64,000 nucleotides of DNA from Chloroflexota bacterium. GTDB taxonomy: Bacteria; Chloroflexota; Limnocylindria; QHBO01. The stretch lies in contig JBDUEE010000003.1 of NCBI GenBank assembly GCA_040002615.1, forward strand, positions 9,671-73,670, read 5' to 3'. The notes under the pieces were generated by a model. It worked only from the letters and a program-made list of their open reading frames with translations. It was not told the origin of the DNA and did not search any database. Both the position numbers and the translations under genes were made by a program. This document shows, one piece after another, positions 57,150 through 64,000 of this stretch (position 1 is the stretch's first letter; the number at the start of each line of letters is the position of its first letter).

Positions 57150-58457
57150 CTACATCACGGGCGGATCTGCGAGTCCCTCGCGGTACAGGGCGATTGCCCG
57201 TTCCTGCTGGCCAGCCTCCAGCGCGACGTCCGCGTATTCCCGCAGTATCTCTCGGCGCTTTGATGGCGGAGCCGTAGCCCGCGCCCGTTCTGCTGCCGCC
57301 GCATACGAATCCATCGCTAGCTCGGCGCCATGCTGTCGTCGGTCCAAGCGCGCCCGGGTAAGCGCAATACCGAGCAGCGCTGCGCGGTTGTCGGATGCGA
57401 TGGCGAGTTGATGCGCCTCGTCGAGCAGCGCGTCAGCCCGTGCCAGGTCATCCGAAGCCATGGCGATCTGCGCCTCCGACTCGGCGACGTGCGCCAGCAA
57501 TCGCTCATCGCGGAGCTCGATCGCTAGCTTGCGGGCTGCGGCAGCGTAGCTTGCCGCGCGACGCTGCTGGCCAAGGCGCAGGTGCGCCAGCGCCAGGTTG
57601 TTCTCCAGCGAGGCGACGTGCGCCGCCTCGTTGGCGGCGGTGAAGAACGCCAGGCTCTCGGCGCCAGCGCGAATGGCCCCTTCCAAGTCCCCTGCATCAC
57701 GGTAGCTGACCGCCAGCGAGGCCAGGAACGAGGCGCGCCGGCGGGCATCCATCGTCGCGAGGCTGGCCCGCGCCTCCTCGAGGTACGCCAGCGCCTGACG
57801 ATGTTCCCCGCGCCAAGCTTCGATGTGCGACAGCGCGATCAGAATCCGAGGGACGAGGTCCGCCGGGGCCGCCTCGCTCGATCGGGCATCGGCGAGTAGA
57901 GTCTCCGCCACACCGCGCGCCTCCGGAAGGTTCTCGGCCTGAAACTGGCCATAAGCCAGCCAGAATCTCGCCTCCATCGCATCGGCCGGACGATCCAGCA
58001 CAGCGAAGTCCTCGGCCGCCTGGATCGCCGGCCGAATGGCCTCCCCGCCGCGGTCCAGCCGACACAGCGCTTCTGCCCTCCCACGCAGGGCCTCCGCCCG
58101 GTGCCCGCGATCCACCAAGGCGACCAGCAGAGCGTCATACGCCTCGAGCGCCTCGGGCCAGCTGCCAGCGGCGAGATGAAGGTCCGCCTCTAGGCGCGAC
58201 CAGCTCCTTTCGCCGCCGCCGACCAGGTCGCTGGCATCGATCCCCAGTCGCTCGGCGAAGTAGGTCATTGCGGCGATGGTGGGCTGAGCAATGCCTTTCT
58301 CGATGGCGCTGACGTAGGCGGTCGTGTACTGATCGCCTGCCAGCTCGCGTTGCAGCATGCCGGCCCGCTTGCGCGCAGCTCGCAGACGCTCGCCCAGGCG
58401 TGACTTAAGTTCAAAGACGCCTTGGTCGCTCGGCCGTGCATCCGCCCTCGCCTTCAT
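57150..58457 (-). CDS. XRE-family HTH + TPR-repeat transcriptional regulator
   Basis: N-terminal LKSRLGERLRAARKRAGMLQRELAGD...YVSAIEKG (HTH_XRE), remainder Ala/Leu-rich TPR-like repeats. Confidence 0.65.
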   Translation of the reverse strand: MKARADARPSDQGVFELKSRLGERLRAARKRAGMLQRELAGDQYTTAYVSAIEKGIAQPTIAAMTYFAERLGIDASDLVGGGERSWSRLEADLHLAAGSWPEALEAYDALLVALVDRGHRAEALRGRAEALCRLDRGGEAIRPAIQAAEDFAVLDRPADAMEARFWLAYGQFQAENLPEARGVAETLLADARSSEAAPADLVPRILIALSHIEAWRGEHRQALAYLEEARASLATMDARRRASFLASLAVSYRDAGDLEGAIRAGAESLAFFTAANEAAHVASLENNLALAHLRLGQQRRAASYAAAARKLAIELRDERLLAHVAESEAQIAMASDDLARADALLDEAHQLAIASDNRAALLGIALTRARLDRRQHGAELAMDSYAAAAERARATAPPSKRREILREYADVALEAGQQERAIALYREGLADPPVM

Positions 58458-58898
58458 GCGCGTGAGTGTACATGGATGCCTCGATGGCGCTCAATTACCG
58501 CAATAGACAACTGGCCATTGATTCTTTAGTCATCCACGGGTACTGTGCACGGATGGAGGATGCGGTGCCCGCGCGAGCACCCATTGCCATGCCGCGTTCC
58601 CGGCGAGGCGCAGGAAAGGGGAGTGCCGCATGGCCCTCTTCCGTCGTCACCTCACGCGTGGAGCGATCGCGTGGGCGCTCGCTTCCTTCCTCGCCATCGT
58701 GCACGTCGCCGTCGTGGCGGCGGACACAAGTCCTGGGCCTTGGCCCTGATAGTCAAAGCGTCGTAGTCACGGCTATCCAGTAACAATCCCAACCGAGCAG
58801 TAGGCGCCATCGCCGGAGCGCGGGCCATCCCACCGACACAACGGACCGTTGACTCGATGCTCGTGCGACCGTAGTCTTGCCTGTAGCGCAAAGGCAGA

Positions 58899-59240
58899 AT
58901 GAGGAGAGGGTCCATGGCGGCCGACCGTCGCGCAGGCAAGATTCTCCACGTCGGCAAGCAGCCGCGGGCGCGCACCAGGACGGCAGTTGGCGCAAGAAGC
59001 GCGCCGACGCCGTCAAGAAGCGCAAGGAGTAGAGACGGCGGTGCGCTTCGTCCTCCGTCGGAACGTGGGGGTCAGTTCTGGTGGCGCGCGGTGGGCGACA
59101 ACAACAAGCTCATGGCCGCCTCCGAACTGATGATCAGCAAACAGTCGTGCCTCGATGCCATCGCTACCGTCAAGAACGAAGCGCTCGTCGCGCACCTCGA
59201 TGACATGACCACCCAACCCGCCACGCGCGGTGCCGTCTGA
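58899..59240 (+). CDS. DUF1508 (YegP-like) domain protein; N-terminal part low complexity, start uncertain
   Basis: GGQFWWRAVGDNNKLMAASELMISKQSCLDAIATVKNEA matches DUF1508 repeat pattern (F.F.L.A.NG..I..SE.Y.S...A..GI.SV). Confidence 0.3.
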   Translation: MRRGSMAADRRAGKILHVGKQPRARTRTAVGARSAPTPSRSARSRDGGALRPPSERGGQFWWRAVGDNNKLMAASELMISKQSCLDAIATVKNEALVAHLDDMTTQPATRGAV

Positions 59241-59273
59241 GCGCAGCGAGCAAAGCGAGAGGAGCCAGCCGTA

Positions 59274-59554
59274 ATGGCCGCGTACCACGTCACCCGCACC
59301 GACAAGGAAGACGCATCGGCTCGCGGCTGGCACCAGCACGTCGCCTGTGCCTGGCTGACGGCCGGCGCGTGCCGAAGGCGACCGCCATCAGCAACATCAA
59401 GACCGGCCGCGAGAGCTACTACACCTCCGTCGGCGGGCGCCAGGCTTGGGTGAGGGTCGCCAATCGTTGCGATCGCTGCGCATCTGAGTAGCTGCGCACC
59501 GACGCCGATACCACCACCCAGAACAACCTGCTCGAGCTGCCGGAATGCCAATGA
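59274..59554 (+). pseudogene. DUF3892-family gene, degraded by a frameshift (~59370) and an in-frame TAG (59489-59491) replacing an expected Tyr codon
   Basis: MAAYHVTRTDKEDASARGWHQHVACAWL | VPKATAISNIKTGRESYYTSVGGRQAWVRVANRCDRCASE * LRTDADTTTQNNLLELPECQ*; strong RBS GAGAGGAG. Confidence 0.5.
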
Positions 59555-60025
59555 TTGGCGCTTAGGCGCAGGTGGAGATCCTGACTACGAAACAGGACGT
59601 CGGCCAGCAGCTGGAGCCGTGACGAGGCGGCTTGCCTCACCTTAGCTAGACTGTGAACCAGAACGCGTGGCCCAGCGAGAGGCCACAACGGCGCAAGCCG
59701 CAGCGTCGACAGCGAACCGCGCTTAGAGGGCGGTAGGCCGGCCGGCCGGAAACCGACGACGCCGAGCCGGGGATCGCCAAGGTTCGGCAATGCCCGATGG
59801 CAACCGTTCGTGCCCGGTCCGCAGTAAGGCAACCGCTGGGCTACCGGGGCCGCGGTGTGACGGATCTCTCGCGATCGGCGTTGGCCGCAACGCGAGCCCT
59901 GACCGTGCATGCCTTGGCATGCCACGACGCAGTCGGCGGCGCTCGTGTGGCCTTCAGCCCAGGCGAGGACTCCGCCAAATTCACGTCCGCTGTTGCCCGG
60001 TGACTGTGGGCAAGCAGCGCCTACG

Positions 60026-61231
60026 TCAAGGAGAGTATGGATTGCTCAGTCCGATGATGCGCTCGATCTCCGCCTTGAAATGCCGCGCCAGCTGACGACA
60101 GGGGTTGGCCTCAACGTCCACACCAGCAACTTCCGCATGCGTCGAGCCCATCACAAAGATGTTCTCGTCGTTGTACGCGTTGGCCGGCTCGGTGTAATTG
60201 AAGCTGCCCGCCACAACAATCAGCTCATCGATGACCATGACCTTGTGATGCAACTTGCGTAATTTCGCGAATGCGCCGGCTCGTCGTGGAATGAAGAGCT
60301 CGATATTGGGGTGGATGAGCCACTTCGGCGCTGCCCAATTCTGGGCTGCCTGCCCAGGATCAAGGACGCCTTTGATCTGCATCCCGCCGCGCGCCATAGC
60401 CAGCATGGCGTCATCGATTCCGGACGAGCCTGCAAAGGTGAAGATGGCGAAGTAGCACTCGCTCGTCCCCTTCAGCAGCTGCTTCACGATCTCGAGCTCC
60501 GGGGTGTGGTCGGGCGCGAACAGCACGCGCACCGGCACGCCTGCGAGGTCGTAGGTGGCCGGCACCTCACCGTGCATCCCGCGCCCGAAGTAGCCACGCT
60601 TGAGCTGCTCGACCTCGGTCAGGTACTGACGGCAGACGTAGGCGTTGCGGAAGATGACGACGTTGTTGAGGTTGACGTGGGTGTCGGTCCAGGTGAAGTT
60701 CGCCGATCCCGAGAGCAGCGCGGAGGTTGGTGCGGCCGTCCCTTCGTAGTCGCGCAAGATGAACTTCTGGTGGAAGATCTTGGGGTTGTAGTCGCCCTTG
60801 ACCTCGATGTCGGAGCGCAGCAGGGCGGCCAGGATCTCGCGGTTGACGGCCAGATCAGTTTCGTCCTTCAGCCACTGCACCCGCTGCACAGCCTGCTCCG
60901 CGGTTTCGCCGGGCTTCGGCGTTGGTGGCTTTGGCGGTGTGCCGACGAGGTCGCTGCGAATGTAGTCCTGCTCGATGAAGATGTTGACGCGGACGCCACG
61001 CCAGCGCGCATCGAGAATGGCTTGTGCGATTGGTCGTGAGTCGATTTCTTGGACCGCAATGTCCAGCGTGCGCCGGGCACCTCCAAGGAATTCGACAATG
61101 ACGGCTTCCAGGTTGTCGGCGGCGCCAAGCTCGACCGGCCCCACATATGCTTCGATCTTGCCGTCGGCGAACGTGACCACGTGACTATCAGTCTGTCGCC
61201 CCAAAAGCGCCGCACCCCCCGTACGACCCAT
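60026..61231 (-). CDS. phospholipase D-family protein with two HKD motifs (PLD-like nuclease/phosphodiesterase)
   Basis: HQKFILRD and HHKVMVIDE HxKx4D motifs, 401 aa. Confidence 0.7.
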   Translation of the reverse strand: MGRTGGAALLGRQTDSHVVTFADGKIEAYVGPVELGAADNLEAVIVEFLGGARRTLDIAVQEIDSRPIAQAILDARWRGVRVNIFIEQDYIRSDLVGTPPKPPTPKPGETAEQAVQRVQWLKDETDLAVNREILAALLRSDIEVKGDYNPKIFHQKFILRDYEGTAAPTSALLSGSANFTWTDTHVNLNNVVIFRNAYVCRQYLTEVEQLKRGYFGRGMHGEVPATYDLAGVPVRVLFAPDHTPELEIVKQLLKGTSECYFAIFTFAGSSGIDDAMLAMARGGMQIKGVLDPGQAAQNWAAPKWLIHPNIELFIPRRAGAFAKLRKLHHKVMVIDELIVVAGSFNYTEPANAYNDENIFVMGSTHAEVAGVDVEANPCRQLARHFKAEIERIIGLSNPYSP

Positions 61232-61458
61232 TAGAGAGCTCGGAGAGTTTGCATCCGACTGACTTGTCGGTGGAAAGCTCGGGCATCGGTTCGTGCTTGG
61301 CCGTGCGATCGATCCTCAGCGTATTCGTCGTCGGGTAGCTGACCGGGTCCCCAGGCCCCGTTTCCTGCCCCGGCTCACCGGAAGGCATCGGGCGCGGCGA
61401 CGCGAGCTGCAGCCACCACTTCGGGTGGCGCTGCGGCTGAGATCACCCGACTCCGGCG

Positions 61459-61860
61459 TCATCTCGCCTCATCCCCGGACGCCGGCTCATAGCGATATTT
61501 CGTCTCGATGCGCGGCGCATTGCGGGCACTCCACGAGAGCGCGATGGGTGCTCCGGCCTCGAGGGACTGGGGATTCAATGCGAGGAAGCGGTAGCGGTTC
61601 GGCTCGACCAACTCGGCGATCGTGAGCGGTTCCTCGCCCACCCACAGGGTGGGACCCAGCGCACGGATGGCAAAGGGTTCGGAGACGGTCACCTCGATCT
61701 CGACCGCCTCCTCGATGTATCGATCCTCCCCGCGCACGGTCAGCCGTCGTGGATTTGGCAGCCTACGCCGAAGCGGACGGATCTCGAGGATCTCAGGCAG
61801 GCGCCAGAGGTCGCGGCGATCGTCGGGCGATTCGAGCGGCTGGCCGGCATCGGTGGGCAC
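61459..61860 (-). CDS. hypothetical protein
   Basis: 133-aa ORF, 4-bp gap to downstream hydrolase gene; no domain recognised. Confidence 0.3.
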   Translation of the reverse strand: MPTDAGQPLESPDDRRDLWRLPEILEIRPLRRRLPNPRRLTVRGEDRYIEEAVEIEVTVSEPFAIRALGPTLWVGEEPLTIAELVEPNRYRFLALNPQSLEAGAPIALSWSARNAPRIETKYRYEPASGDEAR

Positions 61861-61870
61861 GTACGGATCC

Positions 61871-64000
61871 TCAGGTCTTCACGATTTCAAGGTCATCGAA
61901 TGCGATCGCGATGCCGTCGCCGCGATCGAGCCCCAGGTGAATGGCGACGATCGCTCCGAGGTCGAGGTTCCGTTCTTCGTCAGCGAAGCAGCGACCCGGA
62001 AAGCGGAAGGTCGAAAGCATCGTCTTTGTCGTCGAGTCGAACGAGCGACGGTCGAAGGGCCGCGGCAGTCCGCCCACATCATCGACGTCGATCCAAGCGG
62101 TGGTACCCGCCTTATCCTCGACGCCGATCCGAAAGCCAGTGGGTGCGGCCGGCAGGTTGGGCGCATCGAACACTTCAGCAGCACGCACCCGCACCTCCGC
62201 ATCTCCGAGGTCGGCGGTGCCGCTCAGCGGCTCGCGGAACGAGCCCGTTCCTTCCTTGCTGGTGCAAACATTACCGAGGGTGGCCCCGAAGAAGCTGCTG
62301 TTAAAGGCACCCCCACCCTGTGAGAACGTGAAGATGCCCGCCGCGAGACCCCCGAGCTGGGAGGTTGGCTGGGCCTCGTTGTCGACCGTGATGGGGTGTC
62401 CCTCGTAGTCGTCCACTATGCGCGGGTCGTCAACCTCGAACGCATGGTGGATGTTCTGGGTTCCCTGCGGCACGACGGAATGGTCGAGGTAGGCGAACGT
62501 CGAGTCGCCTCGCAGAGCAAAGCGGAAGAACGCCGAGCCGTAGGTCAGCAGGACCCGCTCGTGGTCTGGTCTGCTCATGATCGGCAGGCCGCCGCCGGTG
62601 TCATCGTTGGTCCATTGCCGGTTGAAGTAGTTATGGTTCGCGAAGTCGATGTACAACTGGGTCTTGATGGGCGCGGCCTCCGCCCCGTCATAGAACTCGG
62701 CTCCGTTGTTGTCGACCACGTCCCCATCCGCTGCGGGCAGGAATGTCATGAACGGATATCCACGAGGCCGGCCACTGTTGGCGCCCGAGTTGACCGGGGC
62801 CAGTGAGAGGACCGCCCGGATGACGACCCCGGGCAGGCTTGCGCGCTCGGCCGCGGCGATGACGCCGTCGCCACCGCGGGAGTGCCCCATCAAGCCGGTG
62901 CGGCCGAAGTCCATCGTCCCCTGGAAGATGGGATCGCCTGCGTCGAGCTGCTGGAGGTGGGCGATGGAGGCGAGCGCCAGCTCGGCGCGCCGCACGATGT
63001 TCTGGGTCCACCCCGACCAGTCCGGGCCCTCGTCTGTCTGGCGCTCGTCGACCGACACGGCGACGAACCCCATCCGAGCGAGCGCCGCCTGGAAGTAGTC
63101 GTAGCCCTGGTAACTGGGCGTGCCGGAGCCGTGCGCGCCGTGGACGCAGACGACGATCGGCACGCGGCCGAGGGCAGCCAGGCGCGCGTTGAACGGCTGG
63201 TCGGCCCCGTCGTCCTCGGCGGGGTAATAGATGCTGCCGCGGACGTCGTACGTGAACCCGTCGATCGTCGTCTGGCCACCGTCATACTCGTGGGTGCCGA
63301 TCGGGAATAGGTTCAGGCCGGACGGGTCGCCTCCGGCAGCCGCCGCGAAGCACTGGGCCGTCACCTCCTGCACGGTCGACCCCTCGCAGGTGCCAAGGAT
63401 CTGCCAGACGTGGACAGTTGCCTCATGTGGAATCGGCGCCGTCAGGGCGACCGCGGGCCCACTGCCGTCGCCGACCTTCATGTTGTTGACGAAGACCTTG
63501 ACCTGTGAGCCGGGCACAAACGAGGTCAGCACCACCACCGTGTCCCCGTCCTCGACAGGCCACACGCCAGGGGCCGGCAGCGCCGAGCAGGGAGCGACGA
63601 TGCCGCTCCCAGGCGGACTGGAAGGCTCATCCGGACACAACTGCTGGGTGGCGGTGAAGTTCTCGCCGGCAGCGGCCGGCGGGCTGACGCCCACCCGACA
63701 CTGACCGCCCCAGCAGGCGTAAGTCCCGATCGCCGTGCCGTTGCGCGAAACGGTGAATCGCGCGCCCTGGGCGATGCCATTGACGACGACCAAGTCGCTC
63801 CCCCCGTAGATCGGCTCAAATCCGGGCGTCGGCAGCGGCGACGGGGCATCCTGGACGGTGTGCTCTACCGATGGCGGGCTCGGGTCGTCGCACAGCTTCG
63901 CCCAGGCGCGGACTCGCTCGGCCGTGGCCAGCGCGGGCGCCAGGTTGACTCCCTGCGGGTTGATGGCCCCGCTGATGGAGCCCCGGTCGGCGCCATCCGC
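61871..64000 (-). CDS. secreted alpha/beta-hydrolase (lipase/esterase-like, GHSRGG nucleophile elbow) with additional N-terminal domain(s); 5' end beyond window, apparent frameshift at ggggg run near 63797
   Basis: VCVHGAHGSG...LMGHSRGGDGV (GxSxG), multiple Gly/Thr-rich beta-domains; upstream of annotated TTG start a different frame continues coding (…PLPTPGFEPIYGG) to the window edge. Confidence 0.55.
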   Translation of the reverse strand, partial: ADGADRGSISGAINPQGVNLAPALATAERVRAWAKLCDDPSPPSVEHTVQDAPSPLPTPGFEPIYGGSDLVVVNGIAQGARFTVSRNGTAIGTYACWGGQCRVGVSPPAAAGENFTATQQLCPDEPSSPPGSGIVAPCSALPAPGVWPVEDGDTVVVLTSFVPGSQVKVFVNNMKVGDGSGPAVALTAPIPHEATVHVWQILGTCEGSTVQEVTAQCFAAAAGGDPSGLNLFPIGTHEYDGGQTTIDGFTYDVRGSIYYPAEDDGADQPFNARLAALGRVPIVVCVHGAHGSGTPSYQGYDYFQAALARMGFVAVSVDERQTDEGPDWSGWTQNIVRRAELALASIAHLQQLDAGDPIFQGTMDFGRTGLMGHSRGGDGVIAAAERASLPGVVIRAVLSLAPVNSGANSGRPRGYPFMTFLPAADGDVVDNNGAEFYDGAEAAPIKTQLYIDFANHNYFNRQWTNDDTGGGLPIMSRPDHERVLLTYGSAFFRFALRGDSTFAYLDHSVVPQGTQNIHHAFEVDDPRIVDDYEGHPITVDNEAQPTSQLGGLAAGIFTFSQGGGAFNSSFFGATLGNVCTSKEGTGSFREPLSGTADLGDAEVRVRAAEVFDAPNLPAAPTGFRIGVEDKAGTTAWIDVDDVGGLPRPFDRRSFDSTTKTMLSTFRFPGRCFADEERNLDLGAIVAIHLGLDRGDGIAIAFDDLEIVKT

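Noticed and set aside
31649-59491. Hypothesis that TAG is reassigned to a sense codon (Tyr) in this organism
   Set aside because: TAG terminates clearly intact genes (for example the beta-lactamase-like gene at 17506-17508), and both TAG-containing genes also carry frameshifts, so ordinary pseudogenisation is more likely.

Overview
High-GC (about 68-70%) bacterial chromosome segment, codon usage consistent with Actinobacteria or Chloroflexi. It is dominated by horizontally acquired material.

(1) 1-5495, minus strand: the 5' (N-terminal) ~5.5 kb of a very large secreted Rhs/YD-repeat protein with two DNRLRE-type (NHG) domains and Ig-like repeats. Its toxin end lies beyond the window.

(2) 5.5-9.3 kb: a small lipoprotein, a frameshifted NERD-domain gene, a membrane protein and a DUF4238 protein.

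(3) 9.4-41.4 kb: a putative conjugative element whose core is one translationally coupled operon of about 20 genes (21.6-39.6 kb). The operon combines a complete Flp/Tad pilus set (TadZ-like ATPase fused to a PrgI/VirB3-like membrane domain, CpaF/TadA, TadB, TadC, Flp pilin, two TadE-like pseudopilins, CpaB) with T4SS hallmarks (VirB4-like ATPase, SLT+M23 cell-wall hydrolase, VirD4/HerA-like coupling ATPase, Replic_Relax protein preceded by a tandem-repeat oriT-like site, VirB2/VirB6/VirB8-like candidates, a PKD adhesin). The element is bracketed by two diverged, inverted copies of a two-gene module (9495-11430 and 39689-41358), each preceded by a conserved 31-bp palindromic operator. It also carries an IS110 element and a cargo cluster (metzincin, a 536-aa unknown protein, a class-A beta-lactamase-like hydrolase).

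(4) 41.7-51.1 kb: a defence-like island. It contains a single-chain PHP-nuclease-SMC/Rad50-like ATPase, a degraded GrpB gene, and a BilABCD-like ubiquitin-like conjugation operon (Ubl, UBC-type E2 with an LPN...C motif, JAB/JAMM, ThiF-type E1). An AAA ATPase and a XerC/D-type tyrosine integrase follow, and the integrase lies next to an imperfect direct repeat also found at 17.8 kb (putative attL/attR).

(5) 51.5-64 kb: an AT-richer patch with signal peptidase I, an integrase remnant, an ABC exporter, an I36-type peptidase-inhibitor-like secreted protein, an XRE-TPR regulator, DUF1508 and DUF3892 (degraded) genes, a two-HKD phospholipase-D-family protein and a secreted alpha/beta hydrolase running off the window.

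Many long ORFs in the supplied track are GC-skew shadow ORFs and are rejected. Several genes carry frameshifts, some at homopolymers, and two carry in-frame TAG codons, so both pseudogenisation and assembly indel error are possible.
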